A stretch of 64,000 nucleotides of DNA. It comes from Promethearchaeia archaeon (GTDB lineage: Archaea > Asgardarchaeota > Lokiarchaeia > Sigyniarchaeales > SOKP01). Location of the stretch: assembly GCA_029856145.1 (NCBI GenBank), contig JAHQWK010000025.1, positions 1-64,000 on the forward strand. Direction: 5' to 3'. Position numbers and translations under genes: made by a program. The notes below the pieces were generated by a model. The model searched no databases and was not told the DNA's origin. It saw nothing but the letters and a program-made list of their open reading frames with translations. Every line of letters begins with the position of its first letter. Within the stretch, counting starts at the first letter, position 1. Below, in pieces: positions 10,714 through 19,590 of this stretch.

Positions 10714-11496
10714 GTGAGGATGAATAAAGAAAGAAGAGCAACGGCAAAAATGATTAAAATTGATCCAAGCATAGTTCTTACTGTACAAGATCTCACTAAA
10801 ACGTACACTATAGGTAATTCCACAATCACAGCTTTGAACAAAGTTAATCTAACAATTAGAAAAGGTGAATTTATTGCTATCGTAGGTCCATCTGGTTCAG
10901 GGAAAACAACTTTGATAAATTGCCTAGGTGCTCTTGATTTCCCAGATTCAGGTAAGATTATTTATAATGTTGATGCTAAAGGAATGGGACTTGATATAAT
11001 GCTAATGACCAATAAACAACACAAAAAAATGCGATTGAGAAAGATTGGCTTAATTTTCCAATTTTACAATCTTTTTCCTATCCTTACAGCTTACGAGAAT
11101 GTAGAGCTTCCGATGGTAATTGATAAGAAAGATCCAAAATTACGAAAAGAAAAGGTTAAAAATCTGTTAAAAAGGATTGGATTAGAGGAACGAATGGAGC
11201 ATCTACCTACTCAGCTGTCTGGTGGGGAACAACAAAGAGTCACGATAGCTAGGGCTTTGGTTAACGATCCTCTTATTATTCTTGCTGATGAACCTACAGG
11301 TGAGCTCGATACGGAGACAACTACAAATATTATGAAAATTTTCCTTGATTTAAAGAACGCTGGAGAATCAATTTTAATGGTTACCCATAATAGAAGAATA
11401 GCAGAAGTAGCAGATAGGATTATAACTCTTACTGATGGAGAATTTATTAGTGAAAAAAATGGAGGAAAACCAATTAAAGAAATCTATAAATTCTGA
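10714..11496 (+). CDS. ABC transporter ATP-binding protein (LolD/MacB-like)
   Basis: GPSGSGKT, LSGGEQQR, LADEPTGELD; the start region carries a 10-bp tandem duplication. Confidence 0.9.
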   Translation: MRMNKERRATAKMIKIDPSIVLTVQDLTKTYTIGNSTITALNKVNLTIRKGEFIAIVGPSGSGKTTLINCLGALDFPDSGKIIYNVDAKGMGLDIMLMTNKQHKKMRLRKIGLIFQFYNLFPILTAYENVELPMVIDKKDPKLRKEKVKNLLKRIGLEERMEHLPTQLSGGEQQRVTIARALVNDPLIILADEPTGELDTETTTNIMKIFLDLKNAGESILMVTHNRRIAEVADRIITLTDGEFISEKNGGKPIKEIYKF

Positions 11497-11512
11497 ATTG
11501 GAGGTATAAAAA

Positions 11513-12292
11513 ATGAAGAAAGCTAAAAAGAAGAGGGAAATTCAGTTTATAAAATCAGTACTTCATGATGTTAAAGATTACGAATTAATAAGCCCTGCTA
11601 CAATGATCCAAACTTTTAATTTAACTAAAGTTTATAATATTACGGAAGGAATTGAAATTAGAGCATTGAATGGTGTTAGCATAGATATTAAGAAAGGTGA
11701 ATTTGTTTCAGTTATGGGACCGTCAGGTTCTGGAAAAACTACCCTTTTAAATATGATTGGTGCTCTTGATAATCCTACAAGTGGGGTTGTATACATCAAT
11801 AGAACAAATATAGCTCATATGAATGATATACAACGCACAAATTTAAGACTTAAAGAAATTGGCTTCATTTTTCAGTTTTATAATCTAGTACCAGTTCTTT
11901 CAGCTTATGAAAATGTGGAACTTCCGATGCTTTTTGCAGGTAGAACCAAACGAGAAATTGAAAGAAATGTTAATAAATTTCTTGATCTTGTAGGCCTAAG
12001 TGAGAAGAAAGATCATCTCCCTTCAGAGCTTTCAGGTGGAGAGCAACAAAGAGTTGCAATTGCACGAGCATTGTGTAATGAACCTTCCATCTTAATAGCT
12101 GATGAGCCTACAGGTGAACTTGATAGTAAAATGGGTATGGAAATAATTAAATTACTACGAGAGCTTAATTTAGAGCTTAATCAAACTATCTTAATGGTCA
12201 CTCACGATCCTATGGTTGGTGCTCTTGCTGAAAGAATGTTAAAAATGCGAGATGGAAAAATTATCGAAACTGTAATTACTAATAATAAATAA
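11513..12292 (+). CDS. ABC transporter ATP-binding protein (LolD/MacB-like)
   Basis: GPSGSGKT, LSGGEQQR, IADEPTGELD. Confidence 0.92.
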   Translation: MKKAKKKREIQFIKSVLHDVKDYELISPATMIQTFNLTKVYNITEGIEIRALNGVSIDIKKGEFVSVMGPSGSGKTTLLNMIGALDNPTSGVVYINRTNIAHMNDIQRTNLRLKEIGFIFQFYNLVPVLSAYENVELPMLFAGRTKREIERNVNKFLDLVGLSEKKDHLPSELSGGEQQRVAIARALCNEPSILIADEPTGELDSKMGMEIIKLLRELNLELNQTILMVTHDPMVGALAERMLKMRDGKIIETVITNNK

Positions 12293-12341
12293 TTTTTTAA
12301 TTTAGTTTTATCCAAACTTAAAAATGACTGGTCGAGATACT

Positions 12342-13475
12342 TTAAAAGGATTTTTTTACTTTCTTATTTCTCATCATTCTATATAAAAGAAATATATATA
12401 CAATAGTCAAGCTACAACAAATCAATAAAGGATGAATAGGGATTGCATTAGTAATTATTCCTGTAGTTAAAATTCGTACTCCGCCTTCAAGAGTAGCTAA
12501 ATAGACTCTATCATCTTTCACAGCAACTCTCAGAGTTCTCCATTGGTGATGGTAAAATCCAATCTTGATAGGATTTTTGGGATCAAGACAATTAATGACT
12601 TTAAGACCTTCACCGTCATCTGCTATAAATGCTATTTCATTATCAATAAGTTTAACATCATTTATTGATCCTCCATCAAAATATGTCCCTAAAACGTTTA
12701 TGTTCAAGGGATCAGAGAAATTCAATATTTTCAATCCATTAGTATAATCATTAAAATAAACTAAATCTTGATAATGAGCTTTGGGTGCACCACCATCATA
12801 TCCTTCACCAGTATCAACAGTGCTTAGATGTGTGATATTTTTTGGATCACTAATATCTAATAATTTTAAATCAATAGCAGTAGGAGGGCCAATAATATTG
12901 GGAATTCTTGTACCAACAAAAGCAAAATCATCTAAAACATAAACAGGACCCACATGACCAACGCCATCAACCCAATTATCTATCATAATTGGATTATTTG
13001 GATCAGTTACATTGACAATTTGTAGACCATGATTCTCAGCACCAACAAATAATAATTCTCCTTTCAGTTGAATGTATGTTGAAGTTGTATAATTTAGGTA
13101 GACTGAAAGCAATTCTAATTGGTTTGGATTACTAAAATTAAATATGTTTACGCCTGTTGAAGCAGTAATAAATACTAATTTTCTTTCAAGATCAAGTTCA
13201 ATATCATGCACAATGGGTAGAGAATAATAATCTAATTCAAAACAATTAGTAGGATCTGTTATATTGTAAATTGTTAAGCCTCGATTAATTTCCGCAAGGA
13301 AAGCCAAATCATTCTCGATAAATCGCATATTAATAATGCCAGTCCCAGGTGCTATCGAGCCAATTTCGGTAAAAGTGGAAGTATATTCTATGCCCCTTAT
13401 TGAGATAGGATTAATAAATAATGAACAAAAAATAATAAAGACAAACAACTTGATTATTTTCTTTTGCATAAACAT
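12342..13475 (-). CDS. LVIVD-repeat beta-propeller protein, secreted or membrane-anchored
   Basis: Signal peptide, repeated GL.I.N/D.TDP.NP motifs, C-terminal TM helix plus basic tail. Confidence 0.8.
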   Translation of the reverse strand: MFMQKKIIKLFVFIIFCSLFINPISIRGIEYTSTFTEIGSIAPGTGIINMRFIENDLAFLAEINRGLTIYNITDPTNCFELDYYSLPIVHDIELDLERKLVFITASTGVNIFNFSNPNQLELLSVYLNYTTSTYIQLKGELLFVGAENHGLQIVNVTDPNNPIMIDNWVDGVGHVGPVYVLDDFAFVGTRIPNIIGPPTAIDLKLLDISDPKNITHLSTVDTGEGYDGGAPKAHYQDLVYFNDYTNGLKILNFSDPLNINVLGTYFDGGSINDVKLIDNEIAFIADDGEGLKVINCLDPKNPIKIGFYHHQWRTLRVAVKDDRVYLATLEGGVRILTTGIITNAIPIHPLLICCSLTIVYIFLLYRMMRNKKVKKSF

Positions 13476-13613
13476 AACTCTCTCTTAATTAAAATGTATT
13501 ATATAAAATATACATAAAAAAGATCTTATTAAAAAACACTTGATTCAGAATATCTTAAGAAGTTAAGTTGAGAGAGTTAAGCTTAATGATAGGAAAACTT
13601 TATAATAAGAAAA

Positions 13614-13724
13614 ATGAAAATACTTACAATAATAGGAAGCCCACGGAAACGTAATACTTATAAAGTTACCCAACAAATTGAAGAAAGAATGAAAGAGTTA
13701 GGAAACATAGAGTTTTGTCAATAG
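13614..13724 (+). pseudogene. N-terminal stub of a flavodoxin-like NADPH-dependent FMN reductase
   Basis: Manual translation MKILTIIGSPRKRNTYKVTQQIEERMKELGNIEFCQ*; GSPRKxNT FMN-phosphate loop; TATA-like TTTATAA upstream. Confidence 0.7.
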
Positions 13725-13821
13725 ATCAATAAGAAATCATGAATTAAAAATTTATTAATCAAATAGAATTTGCAGCTATTAAACTTGAACAAGAGAAAAA
13801 AAAAATGGAATTTACTAGTTT

Positions 13822-14595
13822 TTAACCTTTTGAATTTTTTTTGAGAAGTTCTGCTACCTTGGCTATATCTTCATCCATGTTAGGACCTTTCTTGACTATC
13901 ACGGTAACATTCATATTAGAAACTTGTGGTTTCCCTTTTTTACCCGTGAAAGGAACGTCTACCTTGTACTTGATCACACCTTTTTTTATCTTCTTCTCTA
14001 CTATGTCATAATTGTCCTTAAATGGATATATATGACCATAATTCAAGATACTGGAAGCCTCCATGTCAGTCGCTATAGATTTTGCTATGGAATCTGATAC
14101 AGACTTGTGGACGGCATATGATCCGAGCCGGATGAATTCCAGCCCCATTCCACTTAGTCTCGCTTGCTTGATTTCCTTCTTTCCAGAAGCAATAATTCTG
14201 TAATTCGATACATAAAGCATCCCAGTGATTTCGGAATTGTCATCTTGGAGCCATCCCTCGGCAACTACTATGAATTCCTCGCCAGGAAGCTTGCAAAAGT
14301 TCTCAATGAAATGTTTTTCGAAATCTACCAGTTTAGCGCCATATCTAGCAGATGCCATGAACATAAAGCCTTTATAGATCTTTTCATTGAATTGTTCCAA
14401 ATCTGCTTGGATGATAGCCTTAAAGATTTCACCCATAGCATCGTAATCGGATGGTTCTAGCTTCTTGAATCCCCCTAGTAGCTTCTTTACAACATTTCCG
14501 TGCTTTTTATTAGCAATAAGATCTAAAATTTCACCTTTAAGTGCTGTAAAATCAGTTGGTGCCATTATATTCGCCTTACTTAAATTAGTTTTCAT
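13822..14595 (-). CDS. Hypothetical protein (likely start MAPTDF at 14565)
   Basis: 257-aa ORF, visibly more GC-rich than its neighbours; no recognised family. Confidence 0.7.
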   Translation of the reverse strand: MKTNLSKANIMAPTDFTALKGEILDLIANKKHGNVVKKLLGGFKKLEPSDYDAMGEIFKAIIQADLEQFNEKIYKGFMFMASARYGAKLVDFEKHFIENFCKLPGEEFIVVAEGWLQDDNSEITGMLYVSNYRIIASGKKEIKQARLSGMGLEFIRLGSYAVHKSVSDSIAKSIATDMEASSILNYGHIYPFKDNYDIVEKKIKKGVIKYKVDVPFTGKKGKPQVSNMNVTVIVKKGPNMDEDIAKVAELLKKNSKG

Positions 14596-14753
14596 AAGAA
14601 AGTGAAAAATCCTTGAAAGAATCTTCTATCGTGAATTCATATCCACGATAAGAGTATGATCCATCTCTTCGCTTTTTTCACTCTTATTTTTTTTAGTTTT
14701 TAATTACTAATACCATGATAACTTTTATGTTTAAATGTTTGCTTTAATCATAT

Positions 14754-14939
14754 CATATTGGATTTGTAGAGAAAGCTAAAAAACTAGAGATGGCTTTTTT
14801 GGAGATATGTGCAATTTATGAGAGAAAATTAAAAGTAACAGGAAGAGATAATAGTACTACTATAGATAGTTTTGCAAACTACATTATGTAAACAATTCAA
14901 AATCCTAATCTTGAGCAAAAATGGAAAGTGTATCAGTAA
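14754..14939 (+). pseudogene. icd: Displaced, diverged 3' end of icd
   Basis: HIGFVEKAKKLEMAFLEICAIYERKLKVTGRDNSTTIDSFANYIM*TIQNPNLEQKWKVYQ* against the last 60 aa of 4432-5622 gives 40/60 identical by hand; internal TAA at 14889-14891. Confidence 0.92.
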
Positions 14940-14997
14940 ATACCTCAGTAAATTTAAATAATTTTTTTAATTCATAATTTTTTTTATTTAATTCAAT
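14898..14997 (+). repeat. Direct repeat of 5581-5680 (icd tail plus T-rich terminator)
   Basis: 14898-14948 vs 5581-5631 is 48/51 nt identical, and similarity continues through the noncoding T-rich tract. Confidence 0.9.
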
Positions 14998-15058
14998 TCT
15001 GTACTAAAACAGTTCCCTAGATAGATTTTAAGTAGCCAGATTTACCGCTAACTTAATT

Positions 15059-15802
15059 TTATTTAAAATAACATACTAATCCTCCAAATTGGTCTACAAT
15101 AGCACCTGCCTCGGATGCTTGGCTAACGATTTTAGTTTTAATCCCAAGATTTTTTGCGATTTGTAAAATTCGATGTGCTTTATTTCTATTTTTTGGATTT
15201 TTTAGAAATTCTTCAGTTAGGATAATATAATTTGGCTTAGGTAAATTAGGATTTTGTTTTACAAGTCTTAGTTCATGATCAATTTCTCTCCAAGTATAAA
15301 GAATCTTTGAGAACTTTTCATTTTTGTTAATTGTTTCTGTCAGTTCTTCTAATATCAACAACCCCTCTTGATTTGAGGTTTCATCAACGATATCTTTAAA
15401 AGATTCTTGTGTTTTTAGGTAATATACATCCTTTTGAGTTTTCGCCTGATTACCTATGATCTTAGAAAAAACGACTTGTTTATCACCTTTTTTTAATAGC
15501 CATGAATGATGTTTATTAACGTGATTAAGAAACTCATCTGAATATTCTTCTTTCGGTGGTGAGAGCAGTATTACACTTCTAATACCTTCTTTAATTATAG
15601 GTCTTAATGTATTAATGATTTCCTCATGAAAATGATATAATTGCTTTTTATTTTGATTTCTTCTCTTCCTTCCACGATTTATTTTGAAGTGTAGCCTAAT
15701 GGTCTCACTAAATATTCTCCAAAATACAGCATCATTATTATGCAGACCAATAAGAATTGCTATTGGATGACCACGTTTTACACGTTTTTTTCTTTTAGCC
15801 AT
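15059..15802 (-). CDS. Pelota/aeRF1-like protein (domains 2 and 3 only)
   Basis: C-terminal KTKIVSQASEAGAIVDQFGGLVCY resembles the eRF1_3/pelota end; VILLSP..EFLNHV resembles domain 2; no N-terminal Sm-like domain. Confidence 0.6.
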   Translation of the reverse strand: MAKRKKRVKRGHPIAILIGLHNNDAVFWRIFSETIRLHFKINRGRKRRNQNKKQLYHFHEEIINTLRPIIKEGIRSVILLSPPKEEYSDEFLNHVNKHHSWLLKKGDKQVVFSKIIGNQAKTQKDVYYLKTQESFKDIVDETSNQEGLLILEELTETINKNEKFSKILYTWREIDHELRLVKQNPNLPKPNYIILTEEFLKNPKNRNKAHRILQIAKNLGIKTKIVSQASEAGAIVDQFGGLVCYFK

Positions 15803-15868
15803 GATAAAATAGAAAATTTAAAAAGATAAAATGAAATTTAAATACGTTTCAATTAATGACGGAAGAGA

Positions 15869-15943
15869 TTATAATTCTAAGAAATTTTTCAAGATTTGCA
15901 TTCCATGGAGCTTCATTTTGATGGATTCGGGATGGAACTGAAT
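15869..15943 (-). pseudogene. 3' remnant of a class I glutamine amidotransferase (TrpG/PabA-like), copy 1
   Basis: Reverse strand reads IQFHPESIKMKLHGMQILKNFLEL*, the canonical QFHPES...G..ILKNFL terminus. Confidence 0.8.
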
Positions 15944-15961
15944 ACTCCTATTATAAAGTTA

Positions 15962-16369
15962 CTAATATTTTATGATATCTATACCTTCAATTCTTTCAAA
16001 GTGGTTTACATTTCTGGTGATTATTTCCTTAATCCCATTTGTTAACATGATACCCGCAATAAGAATGTCATTATCAGCAATTCTTTCACCTTGAGATTCT
16101 AGGAAATCATAAATCTTGGCTGCCCTTTCAGCTTCTTTATATCCTAAAGGAAAGATCTCCATACTATTTATAAATTCTAGCCAAGGTTTGTAAAGTTGCT
16201 TATATCTTTTCTCAGAAATTTTACGTCTGGTCCTTTCAAACCCTATATTCATTTCATAGACGGTTATAGAAGTAATGTGGATCAGATCTTCGTGATCTTC
16301 AATTGCTTTTTTGAGTTCTTTATTTCCAATTAAATAATCGACGCATGCAGAAGTATCTAGAAGAATCAT
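15962..16369 (-). CDS. vapC: VapC PIN-domain toxin
   Basis: ILLDTS, E38-equivalent (TVYEM), NDILIAG, ITRNVNHFERI. Confidence 0.92.
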   Translation of the reverse strand: MILLDTSACVDYLIGNKELKKAIEDHEDLIHITSITVYEMNIGFERTRRKISEKRYKQLYKPWLEFINSMEIFPLGYKEAERAAKIYDFLESQGERIADNDILIAGIMLTNGIKEIITRNVNHFERIEGIDIIKY

Positions 16370-16623
16370 TTTAAATCCTCTAAAGTTGATTTATTCCAAT
16401 TTCTTTCATTACGAGTTGATATTCCTACCCAAATCTCTTTCTTTTCCTCCTCTGAAAGGTCCCATGCTCCAAAAGATTTTTCAAGTGTATTTTTCTGTAT
16501 TTTTAAGAGCCTTAAGAATAGCTCTGAAAAACTTTCATTGTCGTGCTTAATTTTAAGTAGTTTATTATAAACATCCTCAGTAATACTAATATTCTTAGAA
16601 GTCATATGTATACACATATACAT
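16366..16623 (-). CDS. vapB: VapB antitoxin (archaeal DUF217-type)
   Basis: KNISITEDVYNKLLKIKHDNESFSEL; overlaps the vapC start by 4 nt. Confidence 0.88.
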   Translation of the reverse strand: MYMCIHMTSKNISITEDVYNKLLKIKHDNESFSELFLRLLKIQKNTLEKSFGAWDLSEEEKKEIWVGISTRNERNWNKSTLEDLK

Positions 16624-16644
16624 ACATATATTTATAACTATCTT

Positions 16645-16703
16645 TGATTTTTAGGATATTCAATTCTCGGCTTCATTTTGATGGAATCTGGATGGAGTTA
16701 AAT
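16645..16703 (-). pseudogene. Second, more decayed copy of the TrpG/PabA-like 3' remnant
   Basis: 16670-16703 vs 15910-15943 is 29/34 nt identical; reads I*LHPDSIKMKP. Confidence 0.7.
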
Positions 16704-16796
16704 TAACAAGGACAAGAAGTAAAATAAATTTCGAGGAAGCGAGGAATAAATTTAAGGACCAAAAGAATGTTTAATTAAAAAGAAATGTATAATTTG

Positions 16797-17432
16797 TCAT
16801 TCATCCTTTAATTGCTTGAAAAAATCATCTGGATCATCTACTCCAGATTTTAATAATGCATATTCTCGTTGTATTTCAAGTTCCTTGCTAGTTAATCCTA
16901 AATATTCCTTGTCTAGTTCATCTTGATAACGTAACCAACAACCCAATGCATCAGTATAATCTTGCCAACCTCCAAATACAAGTTTACTTAAAATATAGTC
17001 CTCTTTCGAGGCAACCCAACACTCTAATCCTCCAAAATTGATTCTGACCCTTCGCTTTAGACCAAGTGGTCCAATTTTTTTATATTTACTATAACTTTTT
17101 CGATAAATGATATAATTATCAAATTTAATCACTTGTTGCTTATCTAAAAACTGTAACAACTGGAGTTCTTTAGCTGTTTTTGATGTTGAAATCCAGTCTT
17201 GTATTGGATAAAATTCATTTTTTTTTAACAGTTCAATATATGTATCAATATTATGATTAACTGAATAAATATCAACAACAAAATCAATATCTTGGGTTGA
17301 TCTCGTCTCAGAATAAATACTAACTAAAATTCCCCCAACTAAATAATATTTAATACCAAATTCTCTCTCAATTTTTTCTAAAAAAGTAATTATTTGGAAA
17401 AATGCTTTTTCATACCTGACTTCCATAATCAA
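16797..17432 (-). CDS. Nucleotidyltransferase-family protein (DUF6036-like), putative TA component
   Basis: YYLVGG..S.Y...RSTQDIDFVV, VASKEDYILSKL....QDYTD. Confidence 0.75.
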   Translation of the reverse strand: MIMEVRYEKAFFQIITFLEKIEREFGIKYYLVGGILVSIYSETRSTQDIDFVVDIYSVNHNIDTYIELLKKNEFYPIQDWISTSKTAKELQLLQFLDKQQVIKFDNYIIYRKSYSKYKKIGPLGLKRRVRINFGGLECWVASKEDYILSKLVFGGWQDYTDALGCWLRYQDELDKEYLGLTSKELEIQREYALLKSGVDDPDDFFKQLKDE

Positions 17433-17663
17433 TTACATCCTTTTTATTTTTTTATTGAACTTATACATACTCATCATGATTTCTTTAATGGATTTACTCG
17501 GATATCTCTGTTTTTCAGTTTTAATGTAATTATTTAAATTAAAATTGCATAGTTCGAAAAATAGAGATATTGAAGTTTCAATTGGTATTTTTTTCATTAA
17601 TTCTATTCTTCCTTTAAAATCTCTTGCCAGTTTCCTAAAATTAATATTTAATTCGCTTTCCAT
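17433..17663 (-). CDS. Small partner protein of the nucleotidyltransferase
   Basis: 76 aa, abuts the NTase gene; typical two-gene arrangement. Confidence 0.6.
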   Translation of the reverse strand: MESELNINFRKLARDFKGRIELMKKIPIETSISLFFELCNFNLNNYIKTEKQRYPSKSIKEIMMSMYKFNKKIKRM

Positions 17664-17902
17664 TTAAATTCTTAAATTAATAATATTGGCCCCTTTAAAT
17701 ATAATAATAGGAAAACGGTTTAATAATATTTTAGAATCAATCATATTCAAAAAATAATTAAACATAATATATGTAATTCTTATTAATCCATTCTTTAGGT
17801 ATGTGGGTTGTCATTCCCATATTATTATCAATAACTATTATTACAAATCCCAAATTAATTATTATAATAAATTAAAGAAAGTAAGAAGAATGGTCAATTT
17901 CT

Positions 17903-19243
17903 ATGAAGAAAAAAAAAGTCGTTATTATCGGAGCACTTGGAAATGACTACCATGTGTTCAATCTCGTATTTCGAGATAATGAAGAGTATGATGTAGTTGC
18001 ATTTACAATCGCTGGAGAGCAAAACGTAGGGACGATTGAAGGCGCTGAAAGATTTTATCCTGCAGAACTTGCAGGAAAACTCTATCCAAATGGAATTCCT
18101 ATGATTTCCGAGGAACAATTGGAAGAAATAATAAAAGAGAAGAATATAGATGAAGTTGTTTTTTCATATTCAGATGTCTCTCATGAAGAGGTTATGCATA
18201 AAGCTTCAAGAGTTCTTGCTGCTGGAGCAAATTATCGTTTAATTTCAGGAAAATTTACACAAATAAAAGCTAATAAACCTGTAGTTGCTATATGTGCAGT
18301 AAGAACTGGTTGCGGAAAAAGCCAAGTTTCTCGAGCCACATATAGATATTTAAAAAGTAAGGGATATCGCGTTGTAGCTATACGAGAACCAATGCCCTAT
18401 GGTGATTTAATTAAACAGAATGTCATGCGTTTCGAAAAGTATGAAGATTTAGATAAATATGATTGCACTATTGAGGAACGTGAAGAATATGAACCTTATA
18501 TTGAACAAGGGTTAGTTATTTATTCTGGAGTAGATTATGAGAAAATTATTAGAGAAGCAGAAAAAGAAGCAGATGTGATAATTTTCGATGGCGGAAATAA
18601 TGAAATATCTTTTTATATTACAGATTTATTGTTCATAGTCGTCGATCCATTAAGACCCGGTCATGAATTACGATATCATCCCGGAGAAGTGAATGCTAGA
18701 TCCGCTGATGCCTTTGTCATTAATAAAATGAATAGTGCGAAACCAGAAGATGTTAAGATAGTCGAAGATAATTTAAATAAATTAAATCCTAAAGCAATTC
18801 GAATCTATACTAATTCTGTTGTATCTATCGAAGGAAATCAGGATATAAGCGGAAAGCGAGCTCTAATTGTCGAGGATGGTCCAACACTTACACACGGAAA
18901 TATGGCATACGGAGCAGGGTATATTGCTGCTAAAAATAATGGAGCAATAATTGTTGATCCTCGGCCTTACCTTACAGGAACAATGAAGAATGTATTTGAA
19001 GAGTTTCCTCAAATAACTGACATCGTACCAGCAATGGGTTATAATGACCAACAAATTAAGGATATGGAAGAAACACTGAATAATGCGGAAGCGGAAATTA
19101 TCATTGATGGAAGTCCAATAGATCTTGAAAAATTAATAAATAGTAATAAACCGATTGTCAGAGTTAGCTACGATATCGAAGCTATAAAAAGTCCAACAAT
19201 AGAAGAAGTACTGGATAAATTTATTGAGAAAAATCTGAAGTAA
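17903..19243 (+). CDS. arcE: Arginine synthetase (ArcE)-like P-loop protein (often annotated as GTPase or cDPG synthetase-like)
   Basis: YPAELAGKLYPNGIP, YSDVSHEEVMH, AVRTGCGKSQ, CTIEEREEYEP, DGGNN, EDGPTLTHG, PAMGY; matches the Thermococcus ArcE family as recalled. Confidence 0.8.
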   Translation: MKKKKVVIIGALGNDYHVFNLVFRDNEEYDVVAFTIAGEQNVGTIEGAERFYPAELAGKLYPNGIPMISEEQLEEIIKEKNIDEVVFSYSDVSHEEVMHKASRVLAAGANYRLISGKFTQIKANKPVVAICAVRTGCGKSQVSRATYRYLKSKGYRVVAIREPMPYGDLIKQNVMRFEKYEDLDKYDCTIEEREEYEPYIEQGLVIYSGVDYEKIIREAEKEADVIIFDGGNNEISFYITDLLFIVVDPLRPGHELRYHPGEVNARSADAFVINKMNSAKPEDVKIVEDNLNKLNPKAIRIYTNSVVSIEGNQDISGKRALIVEDGPTLTHGNMAYGAGYIAAKNNGAIIVDPRPYLTGTMKNVFEEFPQITDIVPAMGYNDQQIKDMEETLNNAEAEIIIDGSPIDLEKLINSNKPIVRVSYDIEAIKSPTIEEVLDKFIEKNLK

Positions 19244-19590
19244 TAATTTATTATATTAATTTAAAAGGCAATTCAATGTCATTAAATGTGCCTCTTCATT
19301 ATTATTTGATCATCATTTATTTCTTTTCACATAATTTATGGGTATGAAAAACATTTTATTCCTAGGAATCATGTATATCTTAATCCTTTGTAACTAATTG
19401 GTTGTTCTCCCAATAGTAATTTGTAAGTCCTGCTTTTCCATAAGCAAATAAAGTTAACTTTCTGAAAAGAAATGTTGAAATAATTTTTCTAATTTGATCC
19501 AAGAATCTCTATCAGATAACTTGGATTTCTCTCCGTCTTGTTTGAATAAATTGAATTTTAAATTTAATATCTATTTCTCTGACCATAAGA

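Noticed and set aside
15901-16703. The TA-flanking repeat as integron attC sites (GTTAAAT present in copy 2)
   Set aside because: Too short, the hairpins are weak and differ between copies, there is no IntI, and the QFHPES coding remnant explains the repeat better.
19274-19560. Possible decayed gene on the minus strand (..LFAYGKAGLTNYYWENN..)
   Set aside because: It looks coding-like, but I cannot assign a family without BLASTx.
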